Source: an uncultured Myxococcales bacterium
GTDB lineage: Bacteria > Myxococcota_A > UBA9042
NCBI GenBank assembly: GCA_903883645.1
Contig: CAISBR010000168.1
Span: forward strand, 22,859 to 86,858
Direction of reading: 5' to 3'
DNA: 64,000 bases
Within the stretch, counting starts at the first letter, position 1. The number at the start of each line of letters is the position of its first letter. The translations under genes and the position numbers were made by a program. Shown in pieces: positions 41,980 to 50,733 of this stretch. The notes under the pieces are model-generated. The model did not search any database and was not told where the DNA came from. It saw only the letters and a program-made list of their open reading frames with translations.

Positions 41980-43839
41980 TTACGGCTTGACTCGCAGCTT
42001 GATCGACGCGCTACCGTTCAGCGCCCATGGCGTCTGCACCGCCGTGCGCAGCGTCTCTTTGCCGGTGCGCACCGCCACCGTGTGGCCTTGTAGCTCGTCG
42101 CGCACGCCAATCGGCAGGCCGGTCAAGCGCTTGCCGCGCACCAGCAGCGATGGCTCCGGCAGTGCCACCACCGCCACCAGGCGGCTGCGGGTCGGTTGAC
42201 CATTCAAGAACGCAATAATATCATCGACATTCTGCGGCTCTGGGAACTCGGGCCCAAACTGCTTTTCTGCGCCGATCTGCACCTGCAAGGTCGCGCCCGC
42301 CAAGTCTTTGCTTAGCGGCGGCAGCATCAGCGTCTGCACGGTCAGCGGCGGATCGACATTGGGCCGCATCAGCCCCACCTTGATCGGAATCGGCACGCCG
42401 GCCTCGACCTCTTCGGCGGGGGCGCGTACCCACTCGACAAAGGCCAAATTGCGGCCTTCGCTCACGTCCATTTCGACATCGATGCGCGACACCCGTAGAC
42501 GCTCAAAGCCATTAAATGTCAGAGCCTTGGCCACCTGTCCGACCATGGCGCCAATCTCGCCAACGCCCGCCATGCCGCTCAGACCCGAGATGGTGTCGGT
42601 CACCACCACGGGCGCGTGCGGCCCATCGATGGTAAATTTAGCTTTAATCTCAATGCCTAAGCTCTCGGCGACGGGCTCGCTCGACTTGGCGGCATTTTGC
42701 GCGACCATCGCCGCCATCATCGGAAAAAACAGCGGCTGATCGGTAACTTCAACGTTCCATTGCTGTTCCGTCTTGCGGTCTTTGCTGCGCACCACCACGT
42801 GCACGGGCACCATGGCGTCGCGCGGTCCGACGCGGCCGGCCACCGCAGGCTGGCGGTCCTGGTCTAAAACACCAATATCATCAAGGGCATTGCCCATCTT
42901 GAACGACGAGGCCTGGCTCGACAGGATCCACTGAATATCGGCGCCGCCGACCGGCAAGTGTACTTGGCCCAAGCTCTTGAAAGGATGGCCAAACGCCACA
43001 AAGCGATCGCCGCGCACCCAGGTTATTGTGCCAATGCCGGAAACCGCCATGTCGCCGCGGGCCATGCTGAGCGAAATGGCCGAGCCGGGCTCGAACGCGG
43101 GCGAGGGCCGGCGCGCCCCACTCGACGCGCCGCCCGTGGCCAACATGACATGCGAAAAGCCCAAATCTTTCAGCTCACTCCGCATTGCATCGACCACGCC
43201 CGGGGCAAAACCGGACAGCACCAGCGGCACTGCTACCGGCTGCAACTCTGCGCCATCGGGCAGTTTTACCATAGCATCTGCGGTCTTGGGCGGCGCTTCG
43301 AGCAGACGCTGATTGTTGGGCACTGGCAGCAGTGGGCGGTCGAGCTCGGGCAGCATGTCGGCGATGGGCGTCACGCCGGCCACGGGATCTTTGTTGAATT
43401 GAAAACCGTACGACAGGGCGCCCACCAGCAGCGGCCCCTGCTGCGGGTCGTCGACAAAGATGGGGCTGCCCGACATACCGGCGACAATTCCCGAGTGCTC
43501 GAGGTTTAATCCCGCGCACCGAATCAGGATAAGATCTTGACGCGGCAGCGCATTTTCTAGCAGGCCGATGATCTCGATGTCGAAGCGCTCGATCTTGGTC
43601 CCGCGAACGACGGTCAGACCATGGCCTTTCATCCCGGGCTTGAGCGCGCGCGCGGCTAGCGTTTTTGGCGGATTCGCCGCGGCCGCTGCCACGGGCGGGG
43701 CCGCAGCGGTCGCCAAAGTCGGGGTCAGCGCAACCCCCACATCGAGCGCAACGCAAAGAAATCCCGCAATAAGTGCCTGTAGCCGCCGCGACGACGGGTG
43801 GGCACGGCCAAGAAACGACAGCAAGCTGGGAGCGACCAT
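41980..43839 (-). CDS. Secreted putative serine peptidase with a SpoIVB/S55-like GMSGSP motif
   Basis: A signal peptide is followed by ..LNLEHSGIVAGMSGSPIFVDD.. and a long C-terminal region. The family assignment is tentative. Confidence 0.6.
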   Translation of the reverse strand: MVAPSLLSFLGRAHPSSRRLQALIAGFLCVALDVGVALTPTLATAAAPPVAAAAANPPKTLAARALKPGMKGHGLTVVRGTKIERFDIEIIGLLENALPRQDLILIRCAGLNLEHSGIVAGMSGSPIFVDDPQQGPLLVGALSYGFQFNKDPVAGVTPIADMLPELDRPLLPVPNNQRLLEAPPKTADAMVKLPDGAELQPVAVPLVLSGFAPGVVDAMRSELKDLGFSHVMLATGGASSGARRPSPAFEPGSAISLSMARGDMAVSGIGTITWVRGDRFVAFGHPFKSLGQVHLPVGGADIQWILSSQASSFKMGNALDDIGVLDQDRQPAVAGRVGPRDAMVPVHVVVRSKDRKTEQQWNVEVTDQPLFFPMMAAMVAQNAAKSSEPVAESLGIEIKAKFTIDGPHAPVVVTDTISGLSGMAGVGEIGAMVGQVAKALTFNGFERLRVSRIDVEMDVSEGRNLAFVEWVRAPAEEVEAGVPIPIKVGLMRPNVDPPLTVQTLMLPPLSKDLAGATLQVQIGAEKQFGPEFPEPQNVDDIIAFLNGQPTRSRLVAVVALPEPSLLVRGKRLTGLPIGVRDELQGHTVAVRTGKETLRTAVQTPWALNGSASIKLRVKP

Positions 43840-43965
43840 GTACGGAGTGTGCCGGAATCCTCGGGGCGTGTCACGCCATGCGCCTATCTAGAAACGGGGC
43901 CGCGAGTCGGCACTTGTCAGCGCGGTCTGGCTCTGGCACCTTGTGACTATCTGTGGGTTTGTGCC

Positions 43966-45438
43966 ATGACGCCATTTGATTCTAGCCAGCGCCTGTGTAC
44001 GACCTGCGGGGCACGCACGGGCGCGCTGGTCTGCATTGGCGACGGGTCGCTGACGGTGCAGTTGCGCGAGTACCTGCCCGGCGCCGAGGTCAAAATCGGT
44101 GATCTGATCGGCGAGCGCTATATTATTACGCGGCGTTTGGGCGAGGGCGGGTACTCGTCGGTGTTTGCTGCGCAGCACGCCGTTACCGGGCAGCCGTTGG
44201 CGATCAAGGTGCTCAAGGCGACCTGGCCTGGGCCCGATGAGCAGGCCGTGCGGCGGTTTTACCGCGAGGCGAGCGTCACGGCGGGCCTGTCGCATCCCAA
44301 TACGATTCGCGTTTTTGATGTGGGCCAGACCGAGGGCGGCTCGTTTTGGCTGGCGATGGAACTGCTGATTGGGCCGTCGCTAGAAGACCGCATGCAAGAG
44401 CGGCTCACCGCCGGCCAAGTGCTGACCCAGCGCGAGACAATTGACTTCGTGATTCCGGTGTTGCGCTCTCTGCACGAAGCCCATGGTCGCCACTTGGTTC
44501 ACCGCGACCTCAAGCCCGCCAATATTGTGCTGGCGGATGTGGCCGGCGAGACCGTGGTCAAGGTGCTGGATTTTGGCATTGCCCAGACCAGCGGCTCGAC
44601 GCTGACGACCACCGGCATGGCGCTGGGTACGCCGGCTTACATGAGCCCCGAGCAGTGCCAGGGTCTGGACCTTGACGGTCGCAGTGACCTGTATTCGCTG
44701 GGTATTGTCATGTATCGCGCTGTGACGGGCGATGTGCCCTTCGCGGACTTGAATCCCGTCAAGCTGATGCAGGCGCACTTATCGCGGCCGCTGCCCGACC
44801 TGAGGCGTGCCACGCGTACGGACCTGACGCAGCCGTTTATCGATGTGGTCAACCGCGCGCTCGAGAAGGACCTGTTGCGGCGTTGGCAGTTTGCGGCCGA
44901 TATGCGCGAGGCCCTGGACGCAGTGGCGCTCGAGATGGCCCGTACTGCCCTGGATATGCGTGTATTTTCGTTGAATCCCGAACACGCGCCGCGCAAGCGC
45001 AAGTCGGGCCGTATCGACCCGGCGGCGGTGACTGGCGCCGAGCTCGCAGGGACTGCCGCTGCGACGGACCAGCCCCCCACGGACCGGCCCCCCACTCACC
45101 GACCCCCCACTGACTTACCTCCTTCGGCGCCATCGGCGTCCGCTGCGGTCGATGGGCAGCCAGCGCGCTCGGCGACGTCGCGCATGAATCGCGGGGCCAC
45201 CGGACCGTCGCGTCGATCGGCGGCGACCCTCGTGCAAGACTCGTCGTTTCGCATTGTTCCCGCTGGCACCGATGGTGTGGCCAAGGGCCGTGATGGAACC
45301 GACGCGCCAGCCTCGCTGCCTGCAGGCACGCCGCCCCCGGAGCCGCGCAGGCCACTTTTCAAAAAGACCTTGCCGCTGGGTAGCGATGGGCCGACTGCCC
45401 GGCTAACGCGCCCGCCAAGCGGTGGCAGCACGGTCTAG
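43966..45438 (+). CDS. Ser/Thr protein kinase with an N-terminal zinc-ribbon and a Pro-rich C-terminal tail
   Basis: A zinc-ribbon CTTCGARTGALVC is followed by a Hanks kinase core (LGEGGYSSVFAA.., AIKVLK, HRDLKPANIVL, DFGIA, GTPAYMSPE). The tail has PPTDRPPTHRPPTDLPP repeats. Confidence 0.85.
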   Translation: MTPFDSSQRLCTTCGARTGALVCIGDGSLTVQLREYLPGAEVKIGDLIGERYIITRRLGEGGYSSVFAAQHAVTGQPLAIKVLKATWPGPDEQAVRRFYREASVTAGLSHPNTIRVFDVGQTEGGSFWLAMELLIGPSLEDRMQERLTAGQVLTQRETIDFVIPVLRSLHEAHGRHLVHRDLKPANIVLADVAGETVVKVLDFGIAQTSGSTLTTTGMALGTPAYMSPEQCQGLDLDGRSDLYSLGIVMYRAVTGDVPFADLNPVKLMQAHLSRPLPDLRRATRTDLTQPFIDVVNRALEKDLLRRWQFAADMREALDAVALEMARTALDMRVFSLNPEHAPRKRKSGRIDPAAVTGAELAGTAAATDQPPTDRPPTHRPPTDLPPSAPSASAAVDGQPARSATSRMNRGATGPSRRSAATLVQDSSFRIVPAGTDGVAKGRDGTDAPASLPAGTPPPEPRRPLFKKTLPLGSDGPTARLTRPPSGGSTV

Positions 45439-45497
45439 AACCCGTTAAAACGGCTAAAGTTGCTAATTGAGGTTGCGGTTGCGAGCGTGCGGTTGGC

Positions 45498-46406
45498 CTA
45501 CTGGCCGATGCAGACGCCGGCGACGCACTTGGCGCTGTTGGGGTCGGGGCACGCGCAGGTGATGTCGGCGGTGCAGACCTTGGCTTTGTAGGCTAGAACT
45601 AGCATTTTCATGTATAAGAACAACGGCTTGCCTGGTCCCATCGATGTCATGTTCACAAAGGTGGGGCAGCCGCAGCCGAGCATGTTCGATACCTTGAACG
45701 TGCAGTCGCTGTCTTTGCTGCACTTGGCGCCCTCGGCCAGGGCTAGGCTGGCGGCCTGATCGAGCTCTTTGCAAGAAAGCTCTTTGGTTTCGCAGGATCC
45801 AGTGGTGCAGACGCCAACCTGCTTGGTCATGTCGGCGCACGCGCCGGAGCAGACCCCGTTGCACTTGGCGGCGGTCAAGACCGGCGTGTAGTCAATAAGA
45901 TTCTGCAAATCCATGGTCTTGCCATTGTAGAACAGGCTGCAGTTGGGGCAGTCGATGCTGGCAGGGCCGGGGCCGTAGCAGTCAAACGGCGTGCCGCATT
46001 GCAGGGCCTTGCCGTGGAGCGCCGAGTATTGCGCCAACTTGTCTTTGCACGGGTCGGTGGCGATATCGGGCTGCACGTCGGGCGGCGGCACGTCGGGTTT
46101 CACATCGGGCTGCACATCCGGCGGTGCGATGTCGGGTTGCACATCGGGTTGCACATCGACCAGCAGCACATCGGGTTGCACATCTTGGGGCGGCAATTCC
46201 GCTTGAACATCGTTGCTCTGCTGCACATCCGCTTGGCTATCTGTGGCTTGCGCGGCATCGCCGTTCGGCAGCTTGGCGTCGCCTGCGATGCTGTCGGCCT
46301 CGATCGTACCCATCACGGCGGTGGCCGCGGAGTCCGCGCAGCCCGTCTGAGCGCCGCTCGCCAAGGCAATGGCACAGAACAGGCTGTTAAATCGATTGAT
46401 TTTCAT
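45498..46406 (-). CDS. Cys-rich lipoprotein with (D/P)VQPDV repeats, hypothetical
   Basis: The N-terminus is MKINRFNSLFCAIALASGAQTGC. It is followed by DVQPDVLLVDVQPDVQPDIAPPDVQPDVKPDVPPPDVQPD repeats and a Cys-rich C-terminal domain. Confidence 0.65.
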   Translation of the reverse strand: MKINRFNSLFCAIALASGAQTGCADSAATAVMGTIEADSIAGDAKLPNGDAAQATDSQADVQQSNDVQAELPPQDVQPDVLLVDVQPDVQPDIAPPDVQPDVKPDVPPPDVQPDIATDPCKDKLAQYSALHGKALQCGTPFDCYGPGPASIDCPNCSLFYNGKTMDLQNLIDYTPVLTAAKCNGVCSGACADMTKQVGVCTTGSCETKELSCKELDQAASLALAEGAKCSKDSDCTFKVSNMLGCGCPTFVNMTSMGPGKPLFLYMKMLVLAYKAKVCTADITCACPDPNSAKCVAGVCIGQ

Positions 46407-46523
46407 CGGAGACTCCCGGGTGGGGGCAGCGGCGGTCGCGACAGCGCCACAGAAGCAGCGCCTAGCCGGCAATTGTACAGTCGCCCTAGGGGCTTTGGCA
46501 AAGTGAAGCGGCGACTTTCGCGC

Positions 46524-47714
46524 TCACTCTTCACTTCCCACCGCGCCGCTGCTGCGTAGGGCTTTGATCTCGCTTGCACTTCGCCCAATTTCGCCCAGAA
46601 CGGCATCGGTGTCGGCACCGGGGCGATGGGCAGGTTGCCTTAGGTTGGGTGGAGTTGCGACCAAGCGCACCGGATTGCCCAACTGCTGCGCGACCGGCCA
46701 ATCGGCGCTCGGAGTGTTTAGCACCATGCCACGGGCTGTAACATGCGGCTCTGCCAGCGCTTCTGCGGTACTGAGCACCGGCTCGACGCAACACGGCACC
46801 TTGGCAAAGGTGCTGCGCCACTCTTCCCACGTTCGTTGGGCAAAGATCCGGGTCAGCTCGTCGCGCAACGCCGCTTGATCACTTACTGTTTCGCCGGGCC
46901 AGCTCAGCAGGTCCGCGCGATCGATTGCGCTGCAGAACTCGGTCCAAAACTTGGGTTCAAGGGCGGCCATGGCGAGCCAGCGGCCATCGCGCGCGGCATA
47001 GTAGCCATAGGCCGAATCTCCACCAAGAATGCCATGTTCCGCAGCGTCGCTTGTCGCTCCACCCAGCACAGCTGCCGCCGGCATGGCGTTGAGGAACAGC
47101 GCGCCGTCGGCCATGCTGATGTCGACGAATTGGCCCGCGCCGGTCGCCGCTCGGTGCAGGGCTGCTGCCAGAATTCCTGTGACTGCAGGCCATGTGCCAC
47201 CTGCTGTGTCGCCGACCACTGTGGTCCACGGGTGGGGTGCGCGGCCGCGACCCGCCATGTGGTGCGCCGCGCCAGACAAGGCCAAGAAATTCACGTCGTG
47301 CCCCGGGCGATCGCGCAGGGGGCCCGTTTGGCCAAATGCCGAGATCGCGCACCAGATCAGGCGCGGCTGCAACACCGCCATTTCCGCGTAACCCACGCCC
47401 AGCCGATCGAGCACGCCGGGGCGAAACTGCTCGACCACAATATCGTAGGTCTGCAACAGCTCTTGAAAAATCGTGCGCCCTTCAGCGCTTTTTAGGTTCA
47501 GCCCGATCGACCGCTTGTTGCGCGCTACTAGCTGCCACGCCGCGCCGCTGCCATCGCTCGCGTAAGGGGGCATGAAGCGCAGCATGTCGGGGCGGTCCAG
47601 TGCGTCGACCCGCAGCACATCGGCGCCGAGGTCGGCCAAAATCATCGTGGCGAGCGGGCCAGGCCAAAGACTAGTAAGATCAAGAATTTTAAGCTGTTCA
47701 AGCGCGCCGCGCAT
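46524..47714 (-). CDS. CoA-transferase family III (CaiB/BaiF-like)
   Basis: The N-terminus ..LEQLKILDLTSLWPGPLATMILADLGADVLRVD.. is the typical family III CoA-transferase start. Confidence 0.85.
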   Translation of the reverse strand: MRGALEQLKILDLTSLWPGPLATMILADLGADVLRVDALDRPDMLRFMPPYASDGSGAAWQLVARNKRSIGLNLKSAEGRTIFQELLQTYDIVVEQFRPGVLDRLGVGYAEMAVLQPRLIWCAISAFGQTGPLRDRPGHDVNFLALSGAAHHMAGRGRAPHPWTTVVGDTAGGTWPAVTGILAAALHRAATGAGQFVDISMADGALFLNAMPAAAVLGGATSDAAEHGILGGDSAYGYYAARDGRWLAMAALEPKFWTEFCSAIDRADLLSWPGETVSDQAALRDELTRIFAQRTWEEWRSTFAKVPCCVEPVLSTAEALAEPHVTARGMVLNTPSADWPVAQQLGNPVRLVATPPNLRQPAHRPGADTDAVLGEIGRSASEIKALRSSGAVGSEE

Positions 47715-47880
47715 GGTCTGTACCTAGGTGCGCGTCCGGCGCGCCGGCAGTATCGCAAGGGGGCGATCGCCCGGCAAATGCCTTTGTCTGTTGGGGTGTG
47801 GCGTGGCCGGCTTGTGTCGTGCCGCGGCTGCGTTCAGACTTGCCGCCGACCCGGTTGCCGCTGCGACTGGAAGAGGAACG

Positions 47881-49320
47881 ATGCATACCCTAGAACCCGC
47901 TGTTGTTTGGAAGTATTTCGCTGGTCTCAGTGCGATTCCGCGCCGTTCGGGCGAAGAGGCCGCTGCTGGCGACTGGGTGGTGCGGATCGCCGAAGATCAC
48001 GGCCTGAACTGGCAGCGCGATGCCACCGGCAACATTGTCATTCAGGTGCCGGCCACGCCAGGGCGCGAAGGGGTGGCTCCGACAGTGCTGCAAGGCCACC
48101 TCGACATGGTGTGCGAGAAAAATGCCGACACCGTGCACAACTTTTCGACAGACCCGATTCGGTTGCGCATCGTTGGCCCCGAGGTCAAGGCCACGGGTAC
48201 TACCCTGGGCGCCGACAACGGCATTGGCGTGGCCATGGCGCTGGCGGTGCTCGACGCGCCGAACGCCCAACACGGGCCGCTTGAGCTGCTCTTTACGGTC
48301 GACGAAGAGCGCGGCCTGACCGGCGCCAAGTCGCTGCAGCCCGGGTCATTGCGTGGCAAACGCCTGATCAACATTGATACTGAAGAGTTGGGGCAGATCT
48401 ATATCGGCTGCGCCGGCGGCATCGACACCCTGCTCGAACTGCCCGTTCAGCGCGGCCCGTACTTGAGCGGGTCAGCGCGAATTCGTATTATTGTTAAGGG
48501 ATTGCGTGGTGGTCACTCGGGTTGCGACATCCATGAAGGCCGCGGCAATGCCAATCGCATCCTGGCGCGCGCACTCAAAGAACTGTACGCCAAGGGCCTG
48601 ATCGCCGGGCTGGTGGCCATCGACGGTGGCTCGCTGCGCAATGCGATTCCCCGCGAAGCGTTTGCCGTCGTCGATATTCGCGACCCGGCCGACGTACAAG
48701 CCGCACTGGCCGATGTCGAGGACGTGGTCCGGTGCGAGCTGGCGGGCGTCGACGAGGGGTTGAGCTTGGCTTCAGAGTCGAACGCGGACCCGCGGGCCCC
48801 CTTGCTCGCCGCCGACGCGCACCGCTTGCTCGACCTGCTGCTGGCACTTCCACATGGTTACGTTGCCTTTTCAAGGGCTTTGCCTGGCCTAGTCGAGACG
48901 AGTACCAACTTGGCTACGGTCCGCACCGCCGACGACCACATCGGCATCGCCACTTCGCAGCGGTCGAGTATTCAGTCGCAATTGCAGTGGCTTGCGGGCT
49001 CTGTGGCGGCGCTGGGTCGGCTTGCGGGCGCCAAGGTGGAGCAGAGCGACGGCTATCCCGGTTGGCCGCCGAATCCGAATTCGCCTTTGCTGGCACAGGC
49101 TCAGAAGGTATTCGAGCGCCAATTTGGTGCTGCACCGGTGCCCAAGGCCATTCATGCGGGGCTGGAGTGCGGCCTTATCGGCGATCGCTTCCCGGGCATG
49201 GACATGATCTCGATCGGCCCGGATGTGCGCAATGCCCACTCGCCCGACGAGTGTGTCGATATCGCAAGCGTGGCAGAGACTTGGCAGATCTTGTTGGCGC
49301 TGCTCGCAGACCTCAGCTAG
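47881..49320 (+). CDS. pepD: Aminoacyl-histidine dipeptidase PepD (M20C family)
   Basis: The product begins MHTLEPAVVWKYFAGLSAIPRRSGEE.. and contains ..VLQGHLDMVCEKN.. and ..DNGIGVAMAL..HGPLELLFTVDEE... It starts at the internal ATG 47881. Confidence 0.85.
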   Translation: MHTLEPAVVWKYFAGLSAIPRRSGEEAAAGDWVVRIAEDHGLNWQRDATGNIVIQVPATPGREGVAPTVLQGHLDMVCEKNADTVHNFSTDPIRLRIVGPEVKATGTTLGADNGIGVAMALAVLDAPNAQHGPLELLFTVDEERGLTGAKSLQPGSLRGKRLINIDTEELGQIYIGCAGGIDTLLELPVQRGPYLSGSARIRIIVKGLRGGHSGCDIHEGRGNANRILARALKELYAKGLIAGLVAIDGGSLRNAIPREAFAVVDIRDPADVQAALADVEDVVRCELAGVDEGLSLASESNADPRAPLLAADAHRLLDLLLALPHGYVAFSRALPGLVETSTNLATVRTADDHIGIATSQRSSIQSQLQWLAGSVAALGRLAGAKVEQSDGYPGWPPNPNSPLLAQAQKVFERQFGAAPVPKAIHAGLECGLIGDRFPGMDMISIGPDVRNAHSPDECVDIASVAETWQILLALLADLS

Positions 49321-49332
49321 CCAAGCACGACG

Positions 49333-49878
49333 CTATGCCGCAGGGCGGGGCTCGCCCTCTTTCTCTTTTGGACGCCGGCCCCGGCGCGCACGCGGCGGCT
49401 CGGTCGGCGCGCGATTGGCATTCGCCGCCGCTGGGTTAGCTAGCCCCGCAGCCACTGCTTCGGGCAGCGGCAGACCACCGTTCACCAGCACGTCGGCCAG
49501 CGTGAGGCGCGCCGCCCACTCCGCCGTCTGGTCGTTCAGCTTGGCCCAGGCCGGGTGCAGCGGGCACGGCGAACCAGGGTGGCAGGTGCCCCAGCCAAAT
49601 GCGCAATGTCGCGGATTAATAACGTAATCAGCCGCGACCATCACATCGAGAAACCGAATGAAGTTGGGCGGCTTCGCGAGCGAAAACCCGCCGCCATGGC
49701 CCTTTTGCGAGGTGAGTAGCCCAGCCACGACCATCTTGCGCAGCAGCTTGGCCAGGTAGGGCCCGGGCACACCCGTGGCGATGCTCAAGTCTTGCGTCCG
49801 CACTGCAACACCCTCGCCGAGGTTGGCGATGTAGCACATAGCGCGCAGTGAATATTCAACAGTTTGGGGAAGATGCAT
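49333..49878 (-). CDS. Rrf2-family transcriptional regulator (IscR/NsrR-like, probable Fe-S) with a Pro/Arg-rich C-terminal tail
   Basis: A wHTH region (MHLPQTVEYSLRAMCYIANLG..VRTQDLSIATGVPGPYLAKLLRKMVVAGLL) is followed by three Cys spaced as C-x6-C-x5-C (CAFGWGTCHPGSPC). The start is ATG 49878. Confidence 0.8.
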   Translation of the reverse strand: MHLPQTVEYSLRAMCYIANLGEGVAVRTQDLSIATGVPGPYLAKLLRKMVVAGLLTSQKGHGGGFSLAKPPNFIRFLDVMVAADYVINPRHCAFGWGTCHPGSPCPLHPAWAKLNDQTAEWAARLTLADVLVNGGLPLPEAVAAGLANPAAANANRAPTEPPRARRGRRPKEKEGEPRPAA

Positions 49879-49950
49879 CGAAGGGGTGTCTCCACACATT
49901 GGCGCGGTAAGGGCCGCGCTCGGTCCGTTTGGGCACTGCGGCCCGTTCCG

Positions 49951-50733
49951 TTAGGGGGCCAAGAGGTCCTGCATTCCGTACAAACCGGGTCCGCGGCCTT
50001 GACGGGCCAAGTACCGCGCCGCACGCACCGCGCCGTGGGCAAAGACCTTGCGATCTCGGGCGTCGTGACACAGCTTCAGTCGCTCTGCGGGCCAGCCGAG
50101 CAGCACCTCGTGCTCGCCCACGATATCGGCCATGCGCACCGCATGCATCCCGATCTCGCCCCGCGGTCGCTCGTCGCCCAGGCCACTGCGCCCATCGCGC
50201 CGCACCTCGCCCAGGTTCTGGCCCCGAGCCTGCGCCACCGCCTTGGCCAAGCTGAGCGCAGTGCCCGATGGCGCGTCGCGCTTGTGCAGGTGATGCGTCT
50301 CGACGATCTCGATGTCGGCATCTAGGCCCAGCACCTGCGCAGCGCGCGCGGCAAGTTCGGTCAATAGTGCAATACCTATTGAAAAGTTCGAGGCTTGGAA
50401 CACGGGCGCCACCGCTGCAGCGCGTTCGACCGCCGCTTGATCGCTCGCACTTAGCCCGGTTGTGCCCAGCACCCAGGCGACTTTGGTCGCAACCACCCAC
50501 GCGGCGACCGGCGCGACGGCGTGGGGCGTTGAGAAGTCGATAAGAATATCTACTACCTGTCCATCGAGAAGGTCAAGGGTAATGCCGCCCGTGTGCCCCG
50601 GCTCGACCACACGCGCGGCCAGCTGCAGGTCGCTCGCCGCCTCGATCAACGCGCACAGGTGCTGGCCCATGCGCCCTGCGGCACCCACGACGCCAATACG
50701 CACTGGCGCGATGGTCGTTTGTTGAGTCGTCAT
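49951..50733 (-). CDS. dapB: 4-hydroxy-tetrahydrodipicolinate reductase
   Basis: It has a Rossmann motif (IGVVGAAGRMGQ) and a C-terminal ..IEIVETHHLHKRDAPSGTAL.. block. The 4-bp overlap with the upstream gene is ATGA. Confidence 0.9.
   Translation of the reverse strand: MTTQQTTIAPVRIGVVGAAGRMGQHLCALIEAASDLQLAARVVEPGHTGGITLDLLDGQVVDILIDFSTPHAVAPVAAWVVATKVAWVLGTTGLSASDQAAVERAAAVAPVFQASNFSIGIALLTELAARAAQVLGLDADIEIVETHHLHKRDAPSGTALSLAKAVAQARGQNLGEVRRDGRSGLGDERPRGEIGMHAVRMADIVGEHEVLLGWPAERLKLCHDARDRKVFAHGAVRAARYLARQGRGPGLYGMQDLLAP

Noticed and set aside
46743-47495. 250 aa plus-strand ORF inside the CoA-transferase gene
   Set aside because: Antisense shadow. The CoA-transferase family III motifs are on the minus strand.
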